A DNA stretch of 64,000 bases from Trichinella spiralis (taxonomy: Eukaryota): the NCBI RefSeq assembly GCF_000181795.1, contig NW_003526943.1:10536789-10600788 (forward strand), read 5' to 3'. Positions 42,345-55,800 of this stretch are shown piece by piece. Every line of letters begins with the position of its first letter. Position 1 is the stretch's first letter. The translations under genes and the position numbers were made by a program. The notes under the pieces are model-generated. The model did no database searches and had not been told where the DNA came from. It saw only the letters and a list, made by a program, of their open reading frames with translations.

Positions 42345-45300
42345 ATGGAGCATAGTGAAGTAAAAAATAGTGAAAAAATCAAACAAGATATTTCAAGTAT
42401 GCCTGCATCTGAGAAACTGCTTCAAACAGTGGTCAGCGAAAATGGTTTATTAGATGAATGGACAATTCGTCGGCTAGATGAGACCGAACGCCTGATTTAT
42501 TTAAAGTAAGAAAAATTATTTTGTCTTTTTAAAAATTTAAACTAGCTTTTACTAAACTTTAAATTTTGAAATTTAATAATTTTCAAATTTTAAGCTGAAT
42601 TCAAATTTTTTTTCAAATTTAATGAAATATTCGTCATGTCTAACAATAATAATTGAAAAAGAAATACATACATGCATATATATATAATCATTTGATTTAT
42701 CAAAAAAAGAAAAAGAAAAAAAAGTAATTTTAATAAGATTTTTAACTTAAATTTTGGCTACATAATTAACTTGCACTTGGTAACAGCAATTAACTTTATT
42801 ACAATTTTCAACGCTTCAAGGAAGTGAAGCAAGTTAAATAGTAAATTATACGGAAAGTATTATTATTTTGGTCGTAAGATAATTTTTAATAGTATTATTA
42901 CTTCCATTATATAGAACTGTTTTTATATTTTTCAAATTTCTGATTATCAAATTGTAAAAAATGTAATTAAGTAAAACTTGAAGCCCAAAGAATCATAGAA
43001 AATTATTTTATTTAGCAAAAGTAGTATGATGATTGAAAAATGGTATGCACAAAACTTTTCGTTGCAAAACTTTAAAAATTATAAATTCATTAAAATGTTT
43101 CAATAATTTCTACATGATAATGGAAAAATAAAAAATGATTAAATAAATGCAATGAAAACTTATTATAAATTTGTAAAGAAAGGTCAAAAGCTGCAAAATT
43201 ATTTTTTTATATCAGTATCAAAATTTAAATTTACTGAGAAAACTATTTTATTTCTGTCAGTTTGTTTTCTTCAGATTATTTTCATAAATAGCAAATTCAG
43301 ATAAATTAATGGAATCTTCATTTTATAATAAACATTTTTCAAACTTACAAATTACATTTGAATCAGTCAGCAGTGAATCAAATTGTCATTTCCATTGCAA
43401 AATGCTTCTTCACACATTGATGATGATCACTTGTTGCGATACTACAGACTCATCAGCAGTTGCCACTCCGCTATTTCTATCGACCACTAGTGTATTAAAT
43501 TTTTATAATTTAAATGTAAATCGCAATTTAAATTTTTTTTCTTGAAACATTTAAAGCTGTAATCAAATCAACAAGTGTAATACGCTTCTATTATGCATTT
43601 TTAAGTTTAGAGCGAAGTTATCAATTTTAACCAAAAACTACAGGCAAAATATGGAATTTAAATAATGCCTCTGTTCTTTAAGTATAGAATAAATAGCTTC
43701 CGTTATTCTTTAAAGCATACTGCAAGCACAAGCACGGACATATTACAAGATAACATCTTTCCATTATTACATTCAAGCAAGTGATTTTTGATGAAATTGA
43801 TTAACGATAATGCGATATGTCCGTTGACTTTGTGAAAGTTTTTAAATATGAAATAAAAAAGAACTCTGACAGTCTGCAAATCAGCTGTCATTTTCCAATG
43901 CTAAAAATATAATCTTGAGAAAAGAGCAGATTTTGTTCAGAAATTTTTCATCGATTGCACATCTCAGAATGTGAAAGCTTTACAAAAGCAAAAACTGCAA
44001 TGCAGCTTAAATAATTTTAAATTTACAAACGTTGATATCGCTTGTTTTTAATGAAACATTACTGCCATTCAATTTTATTATTAATTATATGTATTTATAA
44101 ATTTGAATTTTCTTTTTATTCATGTCAATTTTTGACATGTCATATTTTTGATATTCATGAATGTTGGATACTTAGATTGAAATTTCAATATTTTCATGCA
44201 TAAATTGCACTTTTTGATGAATACTTTATTGAATAATAATATTTTTAAAATTATAAAACACAAATTATAATCAATGTCGTCATATTCGAATTCATACAAT
44301 GAAATTACAAATATGAAAATGTGCTGTTCTGATGATTGGCATATAAATGTGATAATGTTATTCATATGATTTGAAATAATATGAATGTGTTAAAATGATT
44401 TGATGTCTTGAAATGGCATAAGAAATCATCTTGCCAAAGAAATTATAAACTGCTATGTCAACGGCAAGCTGTTTGGTTCTCCACAGTTGGTTATATTTAC
44501 ACTTTTTTCACTCTTAAATTTAATTAATATAAAAATTTTGAAGTGAAAATATGAAATACTGATAAAATGATTTTTTGATAAGTTTTGATAATTTTTTTGA
44601 TAAATGAAATACTGACCAAATATATAACGATATCGGTTTAGCAAAAGTTCAAAAACTGCAAGTTGGATACCACCTCCTCATCTGTGGAGATGCTCACTGG
44701 GTATGCCATACGGTTATGAAATTGCAGTTGGCGAATATGGTGAAAATTATTATATCAAGTAAGTTTATTCTTCATTATTGTTAATTAAAATATTCAAAAA
44801 TTCAAAATGAATGAAACTAACTGATTTACCGAGCTTTTGGAAACAATGCATTTCTTTGCATAACAATAATCAAATGTGAAGGAAGAATGTAAGCAGTTGC
44901 AAAGTTTTCGTGGAAATTTTTCTCAAGTCAACAAACTCTTTGAGAATTAAAAATCCAGTAAACCACAAAACAAATATGGTTTTATATTTCAAAGAGAAAA
45001 GGATATTTTGCGCATAGTTATATAAGAAAAGAAAAAATTAAAAAAAATAGTAAATCCATTTGTTATTTGTATTATTGTGTATTATTTAAAGTATTGTATT
45101 ATTTAAGTAGATTGTGGGTATTATTTAAATTTTAAAGCGTTCAATTTTATGGACATCTGTACGGAATTCAACTTGACATGACAACGGTTCTTTTTACATG
45201 AAATTTAAATAAGACTTTTTCTTTGGATCGATCTAATTTTCCACAAAAAAAGCAAACAGATCGCATCAGTTGCATAATATGGATTGCATAATAGTATTGA

Positions 45301-48300
45301 ACTCATGATCAACGTTTGATATTTGTATTTTTATTGACTGTTCACTTTTATTCACTTGAATTGTTATTAATTTCTTCTCTGATTGATTATTTTTCTTCTT
45401 TTGAAAAAATTACAAAAGAAGCTTGAAGATTCAATTTCTTACAGTAATCTTTGAAGCAATTAAAAAATATTATCTGGCAGTACGCGTATGATTAAGATTA
45501 ATCTTTTTTATAGAAACAAGCAAACAATTCAATATGAAGTCAGTTCTCGTGGCATTAAAAGGTGATAAGCTTGAAGATAAATAAGCACTACCACTGCCAC
45601 TGTTACTTCTACTACTACTACTGCTACCCCTACTATAACTTTAACTATTACTATTATTACTATCACTACTCTAATAACAGCGTTATATTAGTGATTCCTT
45701 TGATTTTGCACATACTGTTCATAGCCTAGCTGTTCAATCATGTGAGCAGGAATCAACTATTAGCTATTAGCGGTGCCACAATTTTCAATATATCGCTTGA
45801 TTAATTCCTGGACGACAGCAATCGACAAAGCATCGACATTTTTTGATAGATACTGAATTATTTGACTTCTTCACTGAGAAGGAATGTTTTAAACAACATA
45901 TAAATTTATGAATCGCATAAAATTTGTTATAGTTAGTTTATAAGCATAATATTATAAATGATAAATGCAATTTGTATGATTTTTTGCGCTTCGTCTTAAG
46001 AATATTATGTAACAAGACCAATTAGCTGTATTTGCATTAATGTTATTGCATAGTTATAACTGCTAATTTTGTTTTATTGCTGAACAAAATTTCAAATGAA
46101 ATTTAAGCAAAAAACATAAATAAACAAAATAGTTGAATAAGAATGCGGAAATTGCATTTAATATTGAATACATATGCATTATTATTTAAAACAGGTATTG
46201 AGAAATGGCGAAAAAATTCAACTTGAACTATTTTTAATAATATGAACGTTGAATAAAAACAAAATGCCGCATATGCGACACACACACACACACATACACA
46301 TTGACACACACATTTCTGAGTTCGATGTAATCAATTGATTTTTATGACAAACTTTACCATATTGCGTATACTCTGTTATCTGGGATGTTTTTATTACTGG
46401 ACTATTATTATGTTTTCTGCCTTTAAGAAATGACTGTTGATTAACTTCTGAATGGCTGATTCGAAATTGCAATTTTCATCAAACATTCACTGATTTTCCA
46501 ACATAAATCTGATTCATTTTTGATATTTGTATAAATTTCATCATTTATTTATCTAAAAAATAAATAAATAGATCGCTTTTTTATTTACTGAAACACTGTA
46601 AATGGTATTATTCATTCATATATGTGTAGATTGTAATTTAGGAAGTTTGTTTGATTTGAAACTTTATTCTTGTTTAATTTCTGAAATGATCTATTTTGTT
46701 CCAGAAGTGATCCACAGCATTTTGTTAATCAAGAAATGGAAAAGAAAATGATTATCTTAAAAATTTGCATAATTCAGTTTTGTGACCAATAAATTGGCTA
46801 TAAGTTCAATTTAAGCATATTATGAAAACTGTTGTTTCACACTGTCACACGGCAAACCAGAGTGCAATATCAAACCAATTATGGATTTGATTTATTGCCA
46901 ACTAAATTTATTTTTTAGCATCCCAAAGAAATAAAAACTGAAAAGTTAAAATTATAGTTGAATTTAAATTGAAATGCTTTGATCAGTGATTGTGAAATAG
47001 TGGATTTTGAATGCAAATTAATAATATAACAAAAGTGCACAAAACAAGTTCATATTGCCATTTTGCATGCAATATTTATTTGCAATATTTGCTTCACATC
47101 TTAAAATGAAGTTTAATATTTGAATGAGCGAATAGAATAATGTCTTTGGAAACTTTGAAATTCAAAGCTGGTATAAGTTTTAATTGCTTGATCTGTTGCA
47201 TTGATTGAAGCGAAATAAGTCTCTGAAGAATGCGTCTGAATCATTAAAAAGTGCACTCATCAACTTTTTACTGTATGTTAAATTTTATTTTCTTTAATTA
47301 TCTACTTGTTTGTCGTTCATGTGGAGAAATTTCATTTTGATGTTACATTTTGTCCACAATTATTTTTTATGTTTCTTTTTTTCTATAAAAAATTCAGTGT
47401 AATCATATTAGCTATCATTATTATCATATCATAATTGTATAAAGGTAAAAATACTTTGTAAAATACTTTTTGAAATATATGATGAATGAAAAAAAAATAT
47501 TCGGATCAATGGATGTATACAATTTAATTTGGTGTTTCAAATGTTTTGAATGAAATGTTTGATGCACTGAAACAATGTAAGACCAGTGGTAGTAAGTATT
47601 TAACTGTCCGGAGTAGATTAAAGGTAAAATCCTTTTTATTGTGAATTTACCATTGATAAATTGTAATAAATTATTTAGCTTATTTCAAATACTGTGTGTA
47701 AATAAGTGTTGATATATGTGAATCACATTTAATTACAAGGCAAGTGTTGCTCATTGGTACATGTATTGCGCTTCGCATCATTTTGTCAATATGATGTTTT
47801 CAATTGAAATGAAGCACGATATTTGAAATGAAAAATCATAAGTAAATATAAGTATGAATAAATAACTATATATATATATATATATCTGTGTGTGTGTGTG
47901 TGTGTGTGTAAAGTTGGGTTACTAAAGAACCAAATAAATGCACACAAACATACACAGACACACACGCCCATTGAAGAGTTGTTAATCAGAAAGCTGACTG
48001 GCTGTTCTTGATCCACCGGCGTTTCCTGCTGGGCAGAAAGAGCCATTGGAAACATGCGTTTGGATTTAAGCAGGCGCAGATCAATATGATGCCAACTAGG
48101 AACGTCGGCGTCTGCGCCTTCTGTTCTCTGATTGGATCCTGAAGTGGATTTGAACGGACCGCAACTGTGTGCTTTTATTCACAAAAGTCGACGCAGCTTT
48201 AGCATATACGCCCCCGCTTGGCGTCCGAAAATCAGTGGAAAGCTGGCAGGCGAAAGTTCGACCGACGATTGAATTAAAATTGCTGAACACTCCAGTCGAT

Positions 48301-51300
48301 CAAGCTTGTTCATCATTAACGGTGCATTTTTCTTTGCCCGAATGCAATATCAAATTAAGCCACCCTATGCGAACTGTTTCTCATGGTCGGTGTTTTAAGT
48401 CAGCTAACAAAGCCGGTGAGCTCTTTATTGCATTTCACCCCGTTCAACATTTTACACAGGCAAATTATCCCACCATCTATTTATCTGTCCATCTATCTAT
48501 CTATCTATATCTGAATATCTAGATTATAAATATACATTCAAATCTTATACGTGATGGTCAGCGTTTATTTTTCTCTTAGCATTTGGTAATGGTAATGCTA
48601 TAAATTTGTTTTCGACCTTTTCTATTTATTCCAAACCGTCATTTTCCATATTAACTTCAATTTTTATTTTCTAATATTTTTGTTTTTTTACATGGTTTTT
48701 CACATAATCAAAATATTAGAAATGAAATATCTTCTCTGATTTAATTATGATTATTAATAGTACAATTAAATTAATACTTTATTCTTAACTTAACTTAAAT
48801 TAACTTTTTTTATAAAAATTTTTTCTGTTTAAGAGAAAGAAGCATTCTGTTTTTCACAATGTAGATCAGTAAATAAGAATGTGTTACGATGGTTGCTTTC
48901 ATATCGAATTTACTTATTAACGTATATTAAAATGTTAATGAACACATTTGTATAGGATAATATATATATACACGTACACATGCATATATGAAGCTTTTCA
49001 TATCATTCATTCATATTGAGTGAGTGAAATGTTAGCAGTTTTGTTATGAAGCAGCATTCTGCTTTTCAACACAGCTTAATTTCTTCGCATTAGCATACTT
49101 TCATCTGCTTTTCATCAAAATATATCTATAGGCAACTTATCGATCATATGCATAATATACTTCATGGCAATAACTGGATTACCTATTGTTTTAATAAACA
49201 CAGCAACTGCTGGATACTTTAAATGCTCAGCAAGCACTGGTAAATAATTCTTTTGTTAATATTTACAACCTTTCGTAATGAAAAAAATTTACATCTAATC
49301 AAATTTTAGACATAATCAATTTTGCTTGTTTGTACAATAATTTCAAATGAGTACATTCGAAATTTTAAATTTCAATTACAAATCAAAAATTTCCTCACAG
49401 TCACTTGACTGATTCACATAAATATTAAAAACAGTTGTCTTACTCAGGGTTTTACAATCCTTTACATAATTATACCTAAAGTAAATTAAGAAATATTTGC
49501 TTGTCTATGTTTCCGAATTAAAAAAATCATTTCACAAATATTCTCATTCTTTTTTTATAAAAAATGAAATGTAATATCTATCTAATTGGTCAGTATAAGT
49601 AAAATTTTAAAACATGCTAATATTTTAAGTGTAGATTTTTTTAAGTTTCAAATTTTAAATTAGATAATGTCTGTAAAATGAAATTCAGAAGTAATGTTAA
49701 ATTGTTTAAATTTCAAATTAATAAACCATTCTGAAATTTGAACTTTCATTTATCATTTAAAATAGCTATAATAACAAAGTAACTGATTCACGATGAATAT
49801 TGTTTATGATTAATGCTAATAATTTTGTATTTGCTTATTTCACAATAATTTTTTGTATTATCATGTAAAACAAGAAATGTGAATTTCGCGGCATCAAAAA
49901 GTTGTGGATATTTCATCATAAATAAATTTTTCTTTAACAAAATATCGATGTTATGCTATTGTTAAATAATTTAATGAATTTTTATGATTCATCTTTTGAA
50001 AATATTCTTATTTTTCAGTTATATTTACTTTTCTTTGAAACAACGCTTCATATATTAAATCTTTTATGTAAGTTAAATAAAATCTATATAATCCGTTGTG
50101 AGGATGCAGCTTTGAAATTAATATAAATTGAAAATGCTGCAGTATTAAAAAAATATATGCTTTACTACAAAATAAAATAATGCAGTCATTAATATGCTTA
50201 GCATAAAAGTTGTAAAATAAAAAAGTGCAACTGATTTTAAAATTGCTGCAAATCTCATTATGATAAACAATATGCGTGTACTTCAAGTACTTCATTAATT
50301 TTTCTTCATTGATATGCATAAATTTGATGATTTGGTCATTTGTACGAAATAAAATTTAACAATACCCTTATCACTGCATTTTACCTCTTTAAATTTGATT
50401 CATTATCTGTACATTTAATGCAAAGGATTGAATTGAAATTTCATGTTTTGAATAATTCTCTTCTAAAAATTTGGGTTATAGACATTTATTATTATACTAT
50501 CATTTTTTTAAATTTATTCCAATATCAAAGATTACATCGTTATGAATTTTCTGTGCATATTTTAAACTGAATTATTTTACTTCATCATCTTCTGCCTTAC
50601 TTAAATTTGCATAACCTAGTATACTTGATAATAATTTCATTTATTTATTTTTGTTAATGATAATTGTTGTACAATATATTTATTTTTTTACTTTCATTTT
50701 GTCTAAAACTTTGTGTACGTCTTTGTTTAAAAGACATGCAAATTGTAAATAAATCTTAAAATTTAATTTCAATGCTTTAAGAAATTTCCTGTAATTCAAT
50801 CTACTATTGTATGCATGTAATCTATATGTAATTCAGTTCAATGTACTGTAGTCAAATCTATTTTCATGTGTCATTTCTTAAAAATGAATGATTATTTTTT
50901 ATTAAATTGTGTATTTTTATCTTGAGTAAAATTGACGAATAATTGTTGACATGCTTTGCTTCAATTTACAATTTGAATAGCTACAATAGCTTCTGAAAAT
51001 TCACTTATTTAAGTATCCATCTACATTAAACACGAGATACTTTGGATAAGCTATTGATTAAAATAATTATAGCTATAAAATTATATTTTTAAGATTCAGA
51101 ATTAAAATTTTGAAATTTCATTAAAACAAATGGAACTTTTAATTTGAGATAATTTTGAAGATTTTAGCATTTTTAACATCTATTATTTATTTATTGTAAC
51201 AATTTTATCATGTGCTCATTGAATAACATTAAAAGAAAACAATATAGAAATGCATTGTTTTTCACATTTAATGTATGATGATGAATAATTTTCAAATGAA

Positions 51301-54300
51301 TTCTTCGGCGTATGCATATTGATCGATCATATTCGTAAAATTTGAATAACTTTTTGCACAACATTTGAATGTCATGTACAAATGAGTATACTACAATGTT
51401 GCTGCTTTGCTTGAAGTTAATTAGTCTAAGTTGTTAATTATGCAACGAATGCGACAAAATTATGATGAACACAAATGACAGCTTAATGTACTATACAATT
51501 TTTGATAATTCAGATATAATGAGTTAATTCATTGTTCATAATTGAAAAGTGACTTTTAGTCATTTAAATGAAAGCACAACAACAAATTTGCACAACATTT
51601 GTGATCAGCAAACGAACAGCACTACTGAGAGCAAGTTTTGTCAAATGGAAAGTGCAAAAGTTCCAGCATCTTTGTTAAAAAATAGCCTGAACATTGTTGA
51701 ACAGGCAAAATATTTTCAAGCGAACAGTGCTACAGGTGGTGATCAGCAAATCATGCAAACCAATAATTTATCAGAAATGAATCACGGTTAGCATTTTTGA
51801 CTGGCTTAATTTCTGCTTCAGCAACAATATTTTTAGATTTGCATAAGAGCTGTGAAAAACATGACAATTTGCCTGCAGTTGAAAGTGAAACTTCGTCGAT
51901 TAGCGAGTTCCGAGCTATCCAAGAGTTCACACCGCAAACGTATTTTCAACAACACATATTTACTGCTTCGTCAATAATGAAGTTTATTGCAGGTCCAGTC
52001 TCAGCTTGGATACAATTGAACGAAATCCTAATCGAAAGGTTAGATTACTGAATAAGTTTTAATGGACAGTTTTAATAATAGTCAATTTCACTTGCAGCTG
52101 CAAAGCAGGCAGTCCATTTTAAGGCACAGCAACAGCTTCCGCACTTCGAAACGCGTCCATTTTGCCCAAGGCGTATCCATAGAAAATGAAGAACCAGAAA
52201 TGGATCAAACACTTGTGTTAGAGCATGTGATAAAAATTTATCTAGAAAACGGCCAATCAAAATCATTTCGCTATGAAACAGAAACAAAAATACAAGTAAA
52301 TCTCGAAATATTCCATTTCAATGAAAATGTCATCGTTGGCTAACATTTTAGGATATGCTTGTACGGTTAGCTGAAAAATTGAATATTCGACTTGTAGACC
52401 ACTTTGCATTGAATTTTGAATATCCAGTTGGTCCACGAACAACCAAACTAATGACTATAGAACCTGAAAAGCAAATTTGCCAGGTAAAACTCACCACTAC
52501 TATAATAAATTATACGCAATGAATATTTTATATAACAGATAAATTTTTTATACCCTATTTTATTTTAAATAATAAACTAAGTAATTTCAAAATGGTATAT
52601 TTTAGACGAATTGAGAGGACAATTGAAATTTATTATTAGCTATTTGAAAAGAAGCTGCTTATTAATTACTTTTATTCAATTTATTAAATTGATTTACTTA
52701 TACACTATAATCTACTTGAATTTAAGCACCTGTTGAAGTTTTCATTAAAAGAGATTTTGTTTAAAATGATATCATTTCAGTTGTACATTTTTTTATTTTA
52801 CAAGTTGCAACAACTCTCAGTTAATAGCAAATAATGCATAATAAATACAGTGCTTTGTAAAATTGTGGATTTTGTGGTTGAAAATGGACTTGAACTTGAA
52901 CACATAATACCAATATTAGAATGCTGAAATGTAATGTTGAACAAATGTAAAAGTTTCAATTGGAATTTTCATAAATTTTCTAATTACATATCATGTGCAA
53001 ATTGTTCAAAGAGGAGCGCAATTTTAAAGCACATTCTGCGTTAATTAAGAGAATACTAAATTCAGATTGAATTTCAAATTGGCACCAGTAAAAATTGAAT
53101 TAATTATAAATTGGCTTTTCCAACAATTGATTTTCATAGGCATTGTCTGAAGTACACGCTCAACAATTTCGATGCTTGCTTCGATTCAGTTTCATGCCAG
53201 TTGATTTCGCTAGCTTACTGGAAGCTGACAAAAATGCATTTTTGTATTTGTATAATCAGGTAACATTGTATGCACCACATTAAAATTTTGTAAATTCCTT
53301 TTTTGCCATTTACTTTTATCAATCTGTTAGTATAATTTATAATAATGTCTTGTAAATAATAATTAATTTTATTCAAATCAAAAAAATTATCTAATTAAAA
53401 ATGATATTTTATTCGTTATCAAACTCTGCACTCATATAATTTATTTTATTTCAAACCAGCTAATATAATGAATAAAACGGATATAATATTGTTGTTTAAT
53501 AATTATAATGTTTTAGAGACTTAATAATCTTTTTTGAAGTAATATTTGTTGCCCTGATAATGAAATCAGTATTTAAATTTTGTTTATTTGAAAGGTCGTG
53601 AAAAGATTATAAATTTAATAGAGAATGAAAAGAAAAAATAATCTTCATAATGTGAATGTGTTGCAAATTAAATAGCAAAAATTAAGCTATATTTTGCAAC
53701 ACATTTGCCTCAAAAAATGCTTATATATTATTAGAGTGTAAGTGATGTCACCAGTGGACGATATGTACATACTATGCGCTACGACATGTGCGTTCGTCTG
53801 GCAGCTATACAAATTCTGCAAACAGTTTCAGAGCATGGCAAAAATTCTGATTCTCCTTTAAAGATAGCAGAGTAAGAAGAACTTTCATTTTCTATTCTCA
53901 TTCTGTCAATTGGAAAATTCATAATCTAATAATAATATTTTTATTTTATTTAGCATTAAAATATTCAAATATTTCAATTTCTATTTTGATTACTTTAAAA
54001 TTTCTTAAATTTCATACAATAATTTACGTGCGTTAATATATGAAAATTTAAATGTATTCTAACTGATAAAGCGAAAATATGATTAATGAAACTAAAAAAT
54101 AAACTGATAGCAACCTTATTGAAAAATTCGTGAATTTTAGAAAGCAATATGGTCTTGCTGTTTTCTTGCCCAAAGTTGTATTGGACAATGTTCAAAGTGG
54201 GGAAATTAAAAAATACTTGCGACTCCTTATTAAGGAAGAAAAACGACTGGCAGTGGAATCGACAATGTTCAACTGTAGATTGACTGAAATTTTTATTAAT

Positions 54301-55800
54301 GAAATTTAAATTTTAATCAATTTTTAATTCATAGTGAAGAAAGATTCGGCAGCGTTCAAATTGTACTATTTTTATTTGCGCTATTTGAATTTATTACGAC
54401 AAATGGAAGCATTTTCTACCCACCGATTTCAGGCTTACATCAAGGTTGAATTTCTCTATTTTTGTTTTGAAGCACATTTTTCTTTTTAGTTTTAGTAGCT
54501 ATAATTTTCAGCAAAATTAGTGTACAGGTTCAATTTTAAATTCAGACAATCAATAAGTTAAAACTTAAAGTTAAACTAAAAAATTTATCTTTCATGTTTG
54601 AATTATTTACAAAGTACACAGTATGAATTATTATTTCAGAAAGTTAATTCAGAAGTAACCATAACAATAAATCAGCATCCCAAATTTTCTATTTACGGTG
54701 CTGAAGCTGCCAAAACGGTATGTTTGTGTTTTTCATGTTCTCATGTAAATTGAAAATTTTCTTCCTTTCAGATCAATTATGCAATATCCTATCATGATTT
54801 GCTTTCTGTTTCTGTAGCAGATATCAGTCATCGTTCACAAAAGCTAGTCAAAATTGAATTTGATTCTGGTGACGAGAAGAATACTGTATGTTTGGATTTT
54901 AATCAGTTCTGATTTAGGTTTTTTCAAAAAAAATTAGTTAATTTCTATTTCATGCAAATGAAAATTTTAGTGGATGCATAATACTGAATTAGCATATGTT
55001 GTGATTTAAGTTTTGAATTTTTTATTCTCAAATCTAAAAACATTTTTATTGAATAATTTGCAGACTATCGAGATGATATTGGACAGTGATGATTGTCATG
55101 AATTCGTGAGCTTTTTGAAAGGTTACAAGATGCTTCACACAAAGCAATCTTTGGAAATTCATTTTCTAGAACAAAATATTAACGAAAGTATCTTCGTTTG
55201 AGCTTGATGTATGAGAATTAAAAAATTAATTTTATATTACAGCGCCTTCGTATTCCGGAGTGCATGATGTATTAGCATCAGATTGGAATTATGCACAGCC
55301 GTGCAGCTCACGACTTCAAACTGTCGATCTTTCCAACAAGTTTTCAGACTATGAATCACTGATCACATGCAAAGAATACATTAAGCCTAGAGTAAGTGAA
55401 AAGCAAAAATTTTTTGACAAAAAACAGAAAAAATTTAATATATATCATGGAATGAAAAAAATTTTTTTAGAAAGAAAATTTGCCTCAACACAATGACGTG
55501 CTTGATAAAGGTAAAGCTGACGTGGCGGCAGTTCATGAGCAGGAAATAAATAAGACGGCAGAATTGCTTCAGAGAACGTAAGCTGAGAAGGGGATGAGTT
55601 GAATATATTTTTTTCATTTGTTTCACCGTTGCCAATTTAGTCCAATATTCAATCTCCGGATGAGTCCGAAACGACTTCTCATGGCAAAGGATTCAATTCG
55701 AATACACAATCGATATTTGGCAAAGTCGACACCACTGTTGAATGAAACGAGAAAAGCCAGCTCAGCATTTGAAAGCAGTCCTCGATTCAAGCACGGCTAA
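42345..55800 (+). CDS. FRMPD4/frm-8-like WW-WW-FERM scaffold protein. Exons 42345-42505, 44642-44758, 51560-51786, 51837-51939, 51993-52038, 52098-52295, 52352-52483, 53140-53259, 53735-53871, then exons starting at about 54141, 54335, 54640, 54772, 55064, 55243, 55471 and 55641 (ending 55800)
   Basis: WW-like segments DEWTIRRLDETERLIYLN|KSSKTASWIPP and GMPYGYEIAVGEYGENYYIN|HLNESTT. FRMPD-type FERM motifs RVHFAQGV, VIKIYLENGQSKSFRYE, FRCLLRFSFMP, DKNAFLYLYNQSVSDV, VRLAAIQI, EKQYGLAVFLP, LKGYKML. Splice phases are consistent throughout. Confidence 0.85.
45588..45672. repeat. Degenerate (ACT)n trinucleotide repeat in FRMPD intron 2
   Basis: actaccactgccact...actactactactact...actattactatt. Confidence 0.8.
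46278..46312. repeat. (CA)n microsatellite, imperfect
   Basis: Direct reading. Confidence 0.85.
47868..47909. repeat. Compound (TA)n(TG)n microsatellite
   Basis: Direct reading. Confidence 0.9.
48475..48512. repeat. (TCTA)n tetranucleotide repeat, imperfect
   Basis: atctatttatctgtccatctatctatctatctatatct. Confidence 0.85.

Noticed and set aside
47738..47787. AGGCAAGTGTTG resembling miR-31/72 in a weak hairpin
   Set aside because: The seed differs by a deletion and the pairing depends on many G-U pairs and bulges.
48145..48156. GTTCAAATCC B-box/T-loop-like motif on the minus strand
   Set aside because: No T-arm stem or cloverleaf can be formed around it.
51797..52051. KFIAGPVSAW in the ORF track as a PDZ remnant
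   Set aside because: Phase-consistent splicing places FIA in the 53-nt intron 51940-51992 and reads the next exon in a different frame.
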